Shown in pieces: positions 51,304 through 62,826 of a stretch of 64,000 nt of DNA. The notes under the pieces were generated by a model, which saw nothing but the letters and a program-made list of their open reading frames with translations, was not told the DNA's origin and did no database searches. Origin of the DNA: a virus. How positions within the stretch are numbered: position 1 is the stretch's first letter; the number at the start of each line of letters is the position of its first letter. Made by a program: the position numbers and the translations under genes. The stretch lies in IMG/VR virus record IMGVR_UViG_3300027844_002282. The stretch is one strand, 5' to 3'.

Positions 51304-52916
51304 AAACCCCTCCGATTGTTTGTAACGTCTATTGTATAATACATCTAAGATACCGATGTATAATTTAAAAACCGATTAATATTAAGAGAGGACTCTATGA
51401 GCAGAAACATAATTCGGATAAATAGTGACATAAAGCCAGAAAGTGGTCTATTATGCCATAGTGGAAAAGTATATTACGGAAAAGAAGAGGTGGCATTAGA
51501 AGAAGAGCCATCGGTATACCTTCAACAATGGCCGAGCATGAAGCTGATGAAGGTCAACAGAGACTGTAACTATTTCATGATCCCATTCACTGAGTTGTTG
51601 ACTGAAACCGCATTACCTTTTGAAGAAGTAGAGAAAATGTGTGAGTATTTGGGATGGTCCAGCGAAGACGTTCTATCTCATATGGTCAATGTTGGGCAGC
51701 TAAATATGTATGAGAAGATGAAGAAAATAGAGTCGAGTTTTCCAGAAAACTGTACGATTGTAGAGCTTTTCACCCTCAAAAACTCCATATGCACCCAAAG
51801 CGAAGAAGAAAAGGCGGTTTCCGACAAAGAAAAAATTTACAAGAGAAATTTGGCTACAAGGGTTGCAATATTCACAATCGGTAGTCCATTGACCCCTGTT
51901 GTAGATGAATCAACGATTAAAAACAGCGCCGAACAAACAGAAGAGGGCATCGAACATGAGCGATCCGAAAAAGAGTCAGCCAAAGGACTCAATCCTTTGG
52001 GGGTGGAAGAATGAAAAAGTTCCTGACAGCGGCTTTGTTGTCAACGGCATTGATACCACTCACTTTGAGCTTTTTGATTGTAAGTCGAAAGAGAAAGCGT
52101 CGTTTGTGCGTCCCATGTCGAAAACGTCCGCTCACTTTAAGGGACTTTCAGAAATTAAGGAAGTTCTTATAGAGCTTCTCGCCAAAAGGCTCGTCCATGA
52201 TTTATACGCTGTTAATGGATTACTTCAATCCGCTGGTCTCGGAGACGGATTAATCCCGTCAGACATTCTCGAAATAATCAAAATCGCCGAGGACGAAGAG
52301 GCGGATGAAGATTACGATAAAGAAACTCATGATTTGATGTCAACTTTAACAATCGTTGAGGATAATCTCAATGAAGATGGTGAAACGACAGATTCCCCAC
52401 CAGACGATGTGGCTTAGATAGCGGGCTCAGCAAAGGAATTTTGCCAGTCCTTAATTATGCTAAGTCTTGCATAATATCTTTTTGTGGATTCTGAATTTAT
52501 AACTGAGAACCCAATCTGCAACTTGAGGGGACTATCAGAATTATAGATTGACCACTTGTTAGCCCTGGCATGATCATAATGTGACCTCAACTCGCCAATA
52601 TTATCGACTTCAATTTCTTCATCAACCGATCCGAATACAGGGACCTCCAATAAAAAATCCCTGTCAGAATTCCCATTCTCAAATATCACAAATCCCATAT
52701 TTCCAGAGACACTATCCCACGCTGGTAACACTTCAGGATTGATCCCGCTTTTAACGAAAACATCAATGATGTTTTTTAACTTCTCCGCCGATGCGATTCC
52801 CTCAGTTTGCTGACCACCCTCATAGTCTCCCCTTTTTATGAACTCATCAAAAGTTACCGTTCTACCTATTTGTTTCACTATTCTTACTCCGACTTGAATT
52901 TTAGTTATACCATGGT

Positions 52917-53790
52917 ATGGTACACCTTAACGAAGAGAATTATATGAATGTGACCTGGGCAATAGAGGAAGAGATATGGAATGACAACAGTGTCGCCCTC
53001 TTGAGCGATGCTCTTGACGGGTTAGGAATACCATACTTCAAAGTTTCACAACAGGCACACTGGGATCACGTTTCCGGGAAACCATTCCTTCCAGAATACG
53101 ACAAAGAAGATTGCATAATTTTCTACGGGTCACTTCAAGTGGCAAAGGATATTATGAAAACGAAACCTTGGATACCGGGGGCTTCTATACCCCGGAGAAC
53201 TATAGATGTTCAAAATATTATCCAAAACTTGGATCGACTCTCACCAACTCAGAATATATAATGTTGCCAATTGGAGAGTTGAACAGGAGAAAAGAATTTC
53301 TCTTGAAGACACTCGGTAAAGAAAACACATTGTTCATCAGACCTGACGACGAGGCAAAATTATTCACGGGACAAACCATTGAGTTGGAAAGGTGGGACAA
53401 GGACTTCGTCAAATTACAGCATATGGAGTTGACGATAGTGAGATCGTAATTGTTGCGCCACCAAAAAATATAGAGAAAGAATGGCGATTCATAGTTTGTG
53501 AAGGGAAGGTTTTAACAGGGAGCCTTTATAAAAGTGGGGGGGGGTAAATCCGTTAGAATAGAAGGCGCTCCTAAAGAATCTTATGATTTGGCACAGTCAA
53601 CAGCTGATAGATATTGTCCTGACAGAGTTTGGGTTTGTGACATCTGTCAAACCAGGTTAAAAATATTATTATGTTTTAGAGATCGGATGTTTTAGTTGTG
53701 CTGGATTATATGCAGCAGACATGGACATCGTCGCTAAAGAAGTTTCGAATGCAGCGTATAATGAATACAAAGAAATAATGGAGATATAAA
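52917..53790 (+). pseudogene. ATP-grasp (R2K/DUF4343-like) protein, multiply frameshifted
   Basis: FYGSL, FIRP...KLFTG and EWRF in successive frames; one break at a G homopolymer (~53535). Confidence 0.6.
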
Positions 53791-54387
53791 ATGAGGGCTT
53801 GGTTCACAGCAGACTGGCATCTTGGACAGAAAAATCCAGAGATCATGCATCGTCCATTCGAGGGGCCGGATGAGATGGCAGATTTCATGTCAAATAGACA
53901 CAATACCTTTGTAAATGAAGATGATACGGTATATGTCGTCGGCGACGTGTGCCACTCAACTTCCCCAGAGGCGCTCCCTCAAGTGGCCAAGTTCAACGGG
54001 AGGAAAGTCCTTATCAGAGGAAATCACGACAGAGTTTTCTCAGATGATGAGTTGAGACCGTATTTTGATGTCATTGTCGCAGAGGGTGAGGGTGTAGAAA
54101 TGGGTATCAACGGATTACCATGTTATGTCACTCACTACCCAACTTGTGGCGTTGCAAACAGATTCAATATAGTAGGCCATGTTCATAGTGTTTGGCGTCT
54201 CCAACTTAATATGATAAATATTGGAGTTGACGCCAATCATTTTACGCCGACAAGTGCTGACAATATACCTAAAGAGTTGGACTCAATTAGAACTTTCTAT
54301 GATGATGACGCCTGGGTTGCATACAATGAAACAAATTCAATGTTTTACGGAAAGAGGGGGTTGCAGGAAACACGGTTTCCTGAATAA
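53791..54387 (+). CDS. calcineurin-like metallophosphoesterase
   Basis: DWHLG, VGD, GNHD, THYP, GHVH. Confidence 0.9.
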   Translation: MRAWFTADWHLGQKNPEIMHRPFEGPDEMADFMSNRHNTFVNEDDTVYVVGDVCHSTSPEALPQVAKFNGRKVLIRGNHDRVFSDDELRPYFDVIVAEGEGVEMGINGLPCYVTHYPTCGVANRFNIVGHVHSVWRLQLNMINIGVDANHFTPTSADNIPKELDSIRTFYDDDAWVAYNETNSMFYGKRGLQETRFPE

Positions 54388-54389
54388 TT

Positions 54390-54928
54390 ATGAACACAAC
54401 AGTTGTTAATTTTTTTCGGTGGTCCAGGTTCAAGGAAGAGCACGATATCAACAAATTTATTTGCAGAATTGAAGGCTAAATGTGAATTGCGAGTTGGTAT
54501 CTGAATACGCAAAAGACCTTGTTTGGGAGGGCTCCATGGGAGTCTTAGACGATCAAGTACACATGTTCGGAGAACAGTACCATAGATTGTTCAGGGTGCT
54601 CGGCAAGGTCGAGTTAGTGATCTCAGACTCTCCAATAATATTGCCGGTGTTGTATGACAAGACCAAATCCCCATCTTTGGCAGCATTAGGTTTGGAAAAG
54701 CATTTGGAATTAGATAACATCAACTTCTTTGTCAACAGAATAGAGCGATACGACGGGTCCGGTAGATATCAAGATGAGCGAGGCGCTGATGAAATGACGA
54801 AGAAAATAAAGACCTTCTTAAATGATTCTGGAATCAAATACGTCGATATTAACGGTGATCGAGCGGCTGTAATATACACCCTTCAATACCTTTTGGCAGA
54901 GAAAGAAGGACTCTTTCAAGGGAAATAG
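54390..54928 (+). pseudogene. NadR-type P-loop kinase/ATPase, frameshifted near the 5' end
   Basis: GGPGSRKST P-loop upstream in another frame after a T-run; EYAKDLVWE, DSP, GRYQ. Confidence 0.65.
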
Positions 54929-55331
54929 CCCACTCTTGCGGTAAACTATAATAACATACAGAGTGGTTTATTATGGGAAAATTTAAGATAATTGGACATG
55001 AAGAATACAATTATAAAGGAAGAAAGTATATTGTATTTTACAGACAAGACGAAAATGGTGTTCAAATAAAACAGATGTCTAAAAATCCAGTCATGAGCTA
55101 CGATCCAAATGATATTATAGGATTGTTCTCAAGACTTTTTAAAAAGAAAGAGATAGTTATTCTTTCAAAGACGGATGCGTATCAGATCGCGGACAAATAC
55201 GAAGACAGTCTTAATGTGATCATAGAAAATAAACGTCAGGAAGATTTGGAAAGAGAGCCGCCAGCGACAACTGAGCAGGTTGAAGAGATTCTCAATCGTA
55301 TGAGAGAGAGATTCGCATCACAATCGTATTA

Positions 55332-55360
55332 GCCCTGCGCCAGATAACTGGCGCAGGGTC
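55332..55360. terminator. hairpin between convergent genes
   Basis: ccctgcgccag-ataa-ctggcgcaggg. Confidence 0.75.
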
Positions 55361-56536
55361 AACACTTAATCTTTATTCTTCAAATCCATAAGCAAACAAC
55401 TGCTCAAGGCTTAACTTGCACGTTCTCCCGGCGCTTATGTTGTTCCCCACGATACTAAGACATCTCCTTTCGTTCTCAAGTCTCTCAATCTTTTCTTGAT
55501 CTCTTGAAATGTGATTTTGTACATGGATATCTTTCTGGCCATATCATTATGAAGATTTCTCCAGTTAAATTTGGACCTGACATCATCAGATTCAAAATTT
55601 TCCCACATCTGCATCGAAGCATAATCCAATCCGTTAGTGGTGGTCACATGATAAGCAGAGGCTGTCTTAGCCGCCTTTCTCCCATCACTTGAACACGATG
55701 AAGATGAATGCCCCATCACTCTACTGGATGAAGATGAAGACGGCTTACTTTCTACGACGGGAAGCTCCCATTCGTCAGATATGTCAATATTCGCCTTCTC
55801 AATAACTTCAATGATATCATCCCACCCGTCATTAAAATTCTTGAATGGTTTTGCAAAGAACTTATTCGATTGCTCGTTGAATACATCAACAGAATCATCT
55901 TTGTCGCCATCAAGATCATCTACCTTCTTAAGCAGGGCCTTTCTCTTTTTTACTAATGGGGAGAGATTTACCTTAAGCTCTTTTTCCTTACCGCGCTGAA
56001 GCTCTTTGATACTCTCAAGTTCAGCATCCTTTGACTCAAGGAAACCTTTGATGGGGGTTATCATGGCTACGAGGGTGTCTATTTCCCCGTTAATGTTTGC
56101 TATTTTACTTCCGATAGCATCGCGAATTTCAGATCCAGTTTTTTCAAATAGAATTCCAACTACGGTTCCATCAAGCGATGAAGCTGAAAAATTGGGTTCT
56201 TTGGATCTACAATAATTTTGTGTGAATAAATAATATTCCCCTGTTGGCATTTAATTATATTATGGATGCCAATATTTTCTGTGTCTATCCACATTGTCAT
56301 TATAATTTAAGAATACAGGAATCACAATAACTGGTTAGGAAAGCTATAGTGTTATAATAAACTTCAAGAGGGCGAGGGAATGACCAATTATAGTACTATT
56401 TATAGACGACCCAAAACAGGCTTTCGTTTTATTGTATTATCTGGGTTTGTCTCAATGGTTAGATCAAACAAGGTGCCATTAATAGAAAAAGAAAATCTTC
56501 CTAAGTATATTGCAGACTTATTAAACATAGAATACA

Positions 56537-57217
56537 ATGAATTGGTATAAAAAAGCAACAAGAGACCGAAACTCTAAAATACTATATTATGTGGGACCTG
56601 GCCCTGCACAGCCAAACCCACCAAAACATGGTGGATGGAGTAGACGAGATAAGGAGTACGGAAAACAAGAGAAGGTATTCTTCTTAACCCCAGACTATTG
56701 CACCGTATGGACAAACCATGGAAGAAGGGGAAACGTTTACATATATGAAGTCCCCAATTGGGTTATAAAGGAAAGTGGAGGCGTTCAACGATATGATAAT
56801 GCTGCCGAAGTTATAATTCCAGCGTCTCTTTTTGTAGAGGTAAAAATGATTGGGAGTATTGATGAGCAAAAGGTCAATGACAAATGCCGACACAGATTGA
56901 ATAACTACGTAAAAAGGATGGATCTATTTGATAAAAGCGAGCCAGAAGAAAAAGTAGATGTTGGGTCATTTGTACATTGGATGAATGCATCTGAAAAGGG
57001 GATGCCAAAAGAAACCATATTTAAAGTTGACAATATAAAAGGAGGAATGATTGAAATATCAGTCGTTGGGGCGCTTCAGTTCTCTTATAGATATGATGAC
57101 AATGGAAGAATGATGAGGAAATGGAACATACAGAAAGGCGAAGGGAAATACACCTCTAAGCAACAATCAGTATACCCTATAAGCAAAAAAACCCAGTCTC
57201 AACTGGCGGAAGTATAG
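56537..57217 (+). CDS. MNWYKK-leader protein, possible ADP-ribosyltransferase-like fold
   Basis: LYYVG...VFFLT...VYIYEV...EVIIP spacing resembles an ART core. Confidence 0.5.
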   Translation: MNWYKKATRDRNSKILYYVGPGPAQPNPPKHGGWSRRDKEYGKQEKVFFLTPDYCTVWTNHGRRGNVYIYEVPNWVIKESGGVQRYDNAAEVIIPASLFVEVKMIGSIDEQKVNDKCRHRLNNYVKRMDLFDKSEPEEKVDVGSFVHWMNASEKGMPKETIFKVDNIKGGMIEISVVGALQFSYRYDDNGRMMRKWNIQKGEGKYTSKQQSVYPISKKTQSQLAEV

Positions 57218-57594
57218 ACTAAGTTCTTACCACTTGCTCTTCTGTCAATTGCAATCTTCCTGGGTTTGCCACAATACCTACCAAATTCTCATACTTTAAA
57301 ATGTACCCAAAAGACCCCTCTTCAGACATCTCTTCTATTTGCTCAAGATATGGTGACAAGTGATCATCAGTTACGACGCCATCCGTTGTCCTTGCTGATA
57401 ATACGGTAGCGCCACTCTCTTTTCTGAAGGTAAAAAATGGGACGACGACAGTTACGCCATCTTCCATTCTCATTTTTGCCCCAAGCGGAATTCCACCCTG
57501 TTTTATAATATATGCATCGTTTACAATGTTTATAGTTTCAAAATCCATTATTCTCTCCAATAGTTTAATGATCCACTTGGATTAGACACTATTT

Positions 57595-58287
57595 TTAAAT
57601 ACTTGGTATCTCACCGCGAACTATATCTTTCAATCGGTACTCGTATAGCTCTATAATCTTGCTATAACTTTCATGGATTGTCATGCCATTTCTAAGAACG
57701 TGGTCATCGCCAAAATAAATCTCTATAGCAATTTCACTCATGTTTGGGAAGAAAAACCATTTAACCGTCTCTCTAACTAAATCATTGGCATCACGACCAG
57801 ACTTCTTCGCCTTCATCAACAAACCCCTTAAAAAAGCATCCGTTTCATGATTTTGTAGCATATATTTGGTATAATCGTTTACGCGGGATCTTATATTGGA
57901 ATGCTGTTTGTAGTTATCAATCATTTTGGGCGCGTAAACGACTGGTTTAATTTGATCTGAATGTTCAATCTCATGCCTTATAATCTCTATTAAATCCATA
58001 TACATATCATTCCAATGGTGACTGTTATATAGATTGCTATAATCAAACTTGATATTAATATGGTTTTCTTCTGCAAATCCAGAAAGAAGATATGGGCTTT
58101 GCATAACTTTTGATTGGATATCAACCGTAAGATATTCAATTCCCTGCTCAATTATAGCCGGGAATGGCTTCAGAGAAATGTTCAACACCCTATCACCCAA
58201 GTCTAAAGACCTAAGCCTGGCACTGATTATTTCAGCGATTTGATTTGATAGCGTGTCTAATTTGTTTCTAAATGATTGTTTATCCAT
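57595..58287 (-). CDS. putative zinc metallopeptidase-like protein
   Basis: HEIEH (HExxH) with downstream ETDA. Confidence 0.55.
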   Translation of the reverse strand: MDKQSFRNKLDTLSNQIAEIISARLRSLDLGDRVLNISLKPFPAIIEQGIEYLTVDIQSKVMQSPYLLSGFAEENHINIKFDYSNLYNSHHWNDMYMDLIEIIRHEIEHSDQIKPVVYAPKMIDNYKQHSNIRSRVNDYTKYMLQNHETDAFLRGLLMKAKKSGRDANDLVRETVKWFFFPNMSEIAIEIYFGDDHVLRNGMTIHESYSKIIELYEYRLKDIVRGEIPSI

Positions 58288-58373
58288 AATGCACCTCTAT
58301 ATGATTATACAAAATAGGAGCAATTAATCCCTATCCAAGAGGACATAAGCTATAAAAAACTGAAATAATGGTT

Positions 58374-58676
58374 ATGAACTGGTACAAAATATCCGCAATA
58401 GAGAGATACTCACTAAACGGGGCTGTTTTTTCAATAAAAACATCTCATGGGGAATTTATTGTCTCAATCACCAAGCCAGCAGTTTTAATATCTGGAGAAA
58501 GCATCCTTACTAAAACAAAGAAGCTAACAGATAAGACATCAAACACAAGGGCAGAAGCGATATCTATCCTTAAAGAGCATGGATATGACGGGATAATCCA
58601 ACTCGGAGAAGAAAAGCCGTCAATAGAGCCGTTCTTCAAGAATCAAGTTAAAAGAATTTCTATTCGAAATCTATAA
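58374..58676 (+). CDS. MNWYK-leader protein
   Basis: starts MNWYKISA; GYDGII motif. Confidence 0.6.
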   Translation: MNWYKISAIERYSLNGAVFSIKTSHGEFIVSITKPAVLISGESILTKTKKLTDKTSNTRAEAISILKEHGYDGIIQLGEEKPSIEPFFKNQVKRISIRNL

Positions 58677-58808
58677 CGTGTAAGGCGGCTTCTTATTAGG
58701 GAATATTTGAGTGTCTAACTTCCCACTTGGTGGAATCTTCGGCTGCTTTTTCTTCTTTTTCTTCTTTTTCTTCTTCCCAGCTTCAATGTATTTTTTGTAC
58801 CAATCCAT
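58671..58808 (-). CDS. 45-aa poly-lysine protein with MDWYKK leader
   Basis: MDWYKKYIEAG-K10-QPKIPP...; RBS AGGAGG; absent from ORF track because <60 aa. Confidence 0.7.
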   Translation of the reverse strand: MDWYKKYIEAGKKKKKKKKKKQPKIPPSGKLDTQIFPNKKPPYTL

Positions 58809-58855
58809 AAGGCCTCCTATATAGACTCTTTCAACAGAGGATGGCACCATTCCTG

Positions 58856-59545
58856 TTAGTCCGCAAACATTGAGGCGAAAATATCGTCGTCATCATCAGC
58901 GTCATTTACTACAGTTTCTTCGACACTTATAAGATAACCCTTGCCGTTCTTATCAATAACCCCAGAGATGTATTTTGGGTCAATGAAATCCGTTAACCAA
59001 ACATCATTATCCGCCAAGAATAAGTTAACACCGTCATCCCGCATCGCTTTCGTATCTATTCGCAATATAACAGGTGTGCCATGGCGCTGCCCGACACTCG
59101 TTGCTGTTGGGATATCCGCAGATATGTGAACATACTGACGCTTCCCCTTGCTTACACCAGAACCCATAATTGGAAACAACACCTCAAGGCTTGTCCCATG
59201 GAATAATTCATCTGGCGGAGCAGTTGGTGACAAATTGAGATCGACATCTATTGAATGTCCCTGGTTCGCCCTAACTCTTTGACCATCGTCACTGACCGCA
59301 AATCTCTTCTTATTGTTAGTGTCAACAACGTTGTCGAATTGGGCTCTCGTAACATCGGTTGCCCCGGCTTTCTTAACCTGATTGATTCTATTGATAAGAT
59401 AATCAATACTTGTCCAGCCTTCTCCATCAAGTTTGATCCCCATCGCTTCCGGCTTGTGTCTCAAGACCAAGCTCAATATTTTACTCAAATTGTAATCTTT
59501 CATAGTAGTTTCATTTTTAGTATTTACGAAGACAATATAGCACAC
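58856..59545 (-). CDS. kptA: RNA 2'-phosphotransferase (Tpt1/KptA)
   Basis: SKILSLVLRHKP, KKRF, RANQGHS, HGT, RQYVHIS, VWL. Confidence 0.95.
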   Translation of the reverse strand: MCYIVFVNTKNETTMKDYNLSKILSLVLRHKPEAMGIKLDGEGWTSIDYLINRINQVKKAGATDVTRAQFDNVVDTNNKKRFAVSDDGQRVRANQGHSIDVDLNLSPTAPPDELFHGTSLEVLFPIMGSGVSKGKRQYVHISADIPTATSVGQRHGTPVILRIDTKAMRDDGVNLFLADNDVWLTDFIDPKYISGVIDKNGKGYLISVEETVVNDADDDDDIFASMFAD

Positions 59546-59647
59546 GTAATGGCCATTACAAGCGGGTTGGCGGGATTTGTCAAATAGTATACTATAATGG
59601 CCATTATCCCGCCATTATGGCGGGAAAAATGGCACTTTAGTGACTTA

Positions 59648-61246
59648 TTACACTTGTGAGCTAACAAGTGACTGCACAACTTCCTGGAATCTCGGATCTG
59701 CCTCTAAGGCTGATCGTACATTCGCTTTCGTGACTTCAAGATCTTCATCGATCAAAGACGGATTATCAAGAATAATGTCTTCCTGAACTTCTTTGATGAT
59801 TCCAATATGACGCCCCGGCTTGATATCAGGAACTCTGGCTCTCAACATATTCATGATCTCATGCCCATCAATAATGTCCTTCCCCTTTTCAGGGAGCTTC
59901 TCCATCATTAACTCAGGCATCCTGTTCTTTATCAACGCACTATTGTTCTTCAGCTCACCTTCTGCGGGAATTGAAGAGACTTCATCCGCGACGAGAAGAG
60001 CAAGAACGTCATCAAAAGCATCGTCCATATCTCTGTAATAGCGTCTAAAGGCCTTGTCACCCCATTCTCCGGCGCTGTGTCCTCTCATATGATTATCAAC
60101 AAGCTTAACAGTTTTATCGACAACGTCATTGGGATACTTCAAAGCCTTCATTCTCTCTTTAATCATATCTCCAGAATGCTTCTCGTGCTTGTAGAAATGG
60201 ATTCTATCATCGACCCTCTCTTGAGTGACTGCCTTCCCCCAATCGTGAGAGATAGCCGCCCAAGTAAGATGGATTCCAGCATCGGGGTTCTCATTTTCCA
60301 AAGCCTCAATAACTTTCAAGGTATGGACGTATGCATCCCCTTCACTGTGATGGACAGTATCCTGTTCAACTCCAATCAAAGCATGCATCTCAGGGAGAAT
60401 GGGCTCAAGGAGATCAAGCTCTTCCATCAACGGAATAGCTTCATGCATCTTACCGTACCCAGCAATTTTGTCAATTTCACCACGAAATCTTTCTGCTGAA
60501 GTATTGGAGAGATTGTGAATATTATTCCTGATCGCCTCTTTCACTTCGTCAGTCATAGTCCATCCATGCTTAACAGCAAATCTGACACCCCTAAGCATTC
60601 TAAGAGCATCGTCCTCAAAGATCGGATTGGGATCGCTCGGAGTCCTGATAATTCCATCTTCAATATCCTTCAAGCCCATTCCGGTCAAATCCACAATGTC
60701 GCCATTAGATATTTTTTCTGCAAGAACATCGGGGGAAATAACAGGTCCAGCCTCCATCTTCTTCAAAAGAGAGTTAACAGTAAAATCCCGTCTCATAACA
60801 TCATCTTGAAGAGTCCCAAAGGCAACCTCCGGTTTACGACTTCCGGTCCTGTACTGCTCCTTTCTGGTTTGAACGGCTTCGATCTCAATGCCATCGACAT
60901 TGTATGTCTGTCCTTTGTATATCAAATCTTTCAATATGACAGCGTAAACACCGTATCCCTTATCAATAGGGGGCTTCAAGCCAAGAATCGATGTGACGTA
61001 ATCGCCAAACACCAAGCCACCATCGGGATATTCGATTACAGCATCGATATCCTTGGGGATAATTCCAAGCATCTCATCTCTGACAGTTCCGCCAACGATG
61101 TAAGACTTTCCTTTGAGAACATGCCCATTGGGAATGTTCTTTGCCACTTCCGACAAAAGAATCTGCGCCTGAACAAAAGGGGCGTCGGAATTATCCGCAT
61201 CAGCAGTCAAGTATTTTTCTAAATAAGTTTTTTTGTACCAGTCCAT
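59648..61246 (-). CDS. cca: CCA tRNA nucleotidyltransferase with HD domain and MDWYKK leader
   Basis: VGGTVRD, DID, RRDFTVN, EDDALRMLR, ERF; HD domain HTL...HDWGK. Confidence 0.92.
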   Translation of the reverse strand: MDWYKKTYLEKYLTADADNSDAPFVQAQILLSEVAKNIPNGHVLKGKSYIVGGTVRDEMLGIIPKDIDAVIEYPDGGLVFGDYVTSILGLKPPIDKGYGVYAVILKDLIYKGQTYNVDGIEIEAVQTRKEQYRTGSRKPEVAFGTLQDDVMRRDFTVNSLLKKMEAGPVISPDVLAEKISNGDIVDLTGMGLKDIEDGIIRTPSDPNPIFEDDALRMLRGVRFAVKHGWTMTDEVKEAIRNNIHNLSNTSAERFRGEIDKIAGYGKMHEAIPLMEELDLLEPILPEMHALIGVEQDTVHHSEGDAYVHTLKVIEALENENPDAGIHLTWAAISHDWGKAVTQERVDDRIHFYKHEKHSGDMIKERMKALKYPNDVVDKTVKLVDNHMRGHSAGEWGDKAFRRYYRDMDDAFDDVLALLVADEVSSIPAEGELKNNSALIKNRMPELMMEKLPEKGKDIIDGHEIMNMLRARVPDIKPGRHIGIIKEVQEDIILDNPSLIDEDLEVTKANVRSALEADPRFQEVVQSLVSSQV

Positions 61247-61295
61247 AATTAACCAAGTTTCAAGTAATTATACAAATTCGCTCAAGGACCCACCT

Positions 61296-61784
61296 TCAAC
61301 AATATCCCTTGTGGAGCAAAATATCACTTCTGGAAGATCGTTTATTGGGAAGAACTTCCATTCTTCGTACTTGTCCTTTTCCATTATCTTTGGGGGCCTG
61401 TCTCGTGTCCCATTTAGCGATGAAGAACAATGTTACATAATGCAATCCCTCGTCCTCCATTATATTATTTGTGAAACGAACTTGTTCCACACTATCTATT
61501 GTAACACCAGACTCTTCTTTAACTTATCGTTCGCAACATTCAAAGAACCCCTCTCCAATATCTATATGACCGCCGTCACAAAGAGCTTGAAAGACAACAG
61601 AGACGCTGCTTTCACCCATAAAGTCAATAAACTTTTTTTCACCATCAAGAATTATTCTCATATGCTCGAAAAAATGTTCGGGACATGAGATCAACCCAAG
61701 TATTGCGTTGGTCGCCTTCATATTATCAATAAAGTTGCAAAGATAACCACGGCTTCTTCCAATATAAGAAGATAAATTTTTCAA
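61296..61784 (-). pseudogene. Nudix hydrolase (NUDT15/MutT-like), interrupted
   Basis: Nudix box GGHIDIGEGFFECCER*VKEESG with in-frame TAA; FTNNIMEDEGLHYVTLF; later frameshift. Confidence 0.7.
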
Positions 61785-62418
61785 TGCATAATCATCAATC
61801 TCCGAAAAGATGATTATGCGTCAACATTGAATTCGTTCCATTAACAATAATATTGACTGATTCCTTGCTCATTTCTTTTTCCTCTTTGGTTTTTCGTCTT
61901 TATTTAATTGTTTGTAATCAGCGAAATCTACGTCAGGGAGATCGAAGCTCATCTCTTTCTCATCAAGAGATTGGAGAGCTTCTATCAACTCCTTAGGATA
62001 AAAATGTGTCAAGTGAAGCTCACCTTTGTTGAGATCCTTGAGTATGTATAAGCTAAAACTATTTCGAGGTGCTTTGTGAGAGTGGTTTTTGATTAAGACC
62101 CAATACTCTCGTGGATTTTTGGCGCTCGAAACTATTTTTATTACTGTGCCGTAATAGAGGCGCTGACCTTCAGTTATCATCTTTTTCTACAACACTTATC
62201 CAGTGCCCTACGGAGTATGCAGAAAAGATCTTTCCACGGGTGTCAAAAAAATCCAAGACTCCAGCGCGGATTTCAAAACGATCCGCAGATATCGTTGCAG
62301 AGGAACGATCCGTGTGGTGCCCTCCTGGCATACCAGGGCTCAATGTTCCTACTATGTATGTCATATAACGCCTCATAAGTTAAGTTATTTTTGTTAGCTG
62401 GTGAGGTACTATAGCTCG

Positions 62419-62823
62419 CTAATCCAGGATATCAACAGTATGCGCCCGTTTTTTTCTATGTTTTCTCCAGGCACACCAGCCACCGGCCCTGCACCCGAAC
62501 CACATTAGGAGTCTCAGGTAGGTTTTGGTCCCCGAAGATTTCATAGCGCGACGAAAAATACCGTCAGCATCTTTTCTCGACACAATTCCTGTAGCGTATA
62601 GGTAATCGTGAAGAACCGCAGCGGCGGCATAAGTCCCCGTTGGTGGAATGAGATTCCAGAAAATTCTTGGAATAGAAGCAAAATCTGTAATTGTCCCCTT
62701 AGGAACCGTAAATGTTTCACGATTACCTTTGTAGCGAAGAATGTTTTCGGTCTTCCAATATCTACTGTTATGTTGTCGTACAACTACATCATCTAAAAAA
62801 TTATTACCCACTTGATACCTCAA
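62419..62823 (-). CDS. DUF1353 family protein
   Basis: VPKGTITDFASIP, AAVLHDYLY, ADGIF. Confidence 0.85.
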   Translation of the reverse strand: MRYQVGNNFLDDVVVRQHNSRYWKTENILRYKGNRETFTVPKGTITDFASIPRIFWNLIPPTGTYAAAAVLHDYLYATGIVSRKDADGIFRRAMKSSGTKTYLRLLMWFGCRAGGWCAWRKHRKKRAHTVDILD

Positions 62824-62826
62824 GGT

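Noticed and set aside
60515-61222. 235-aa plus-strand ORF, and similar antisense ORFs such as 47291..48088 and 27738..28262
   Set aside because: Shadow frames opposite better-supported genes; no motifs or RBS.
23304-61784. Programmed frameshifting or stop-codon recoding to explain broken ORFs (23.7, 33.1, 34.9, 46.9, 53.2-53.5, 54.4, 61.5 kb)
   Set aside because: Several breaks sit in homopolymers, most long genes are intact in the standard code with all three stops used, and no suppressor tRNA was seen. Sequencing error or decay is more likely; reads need checking.
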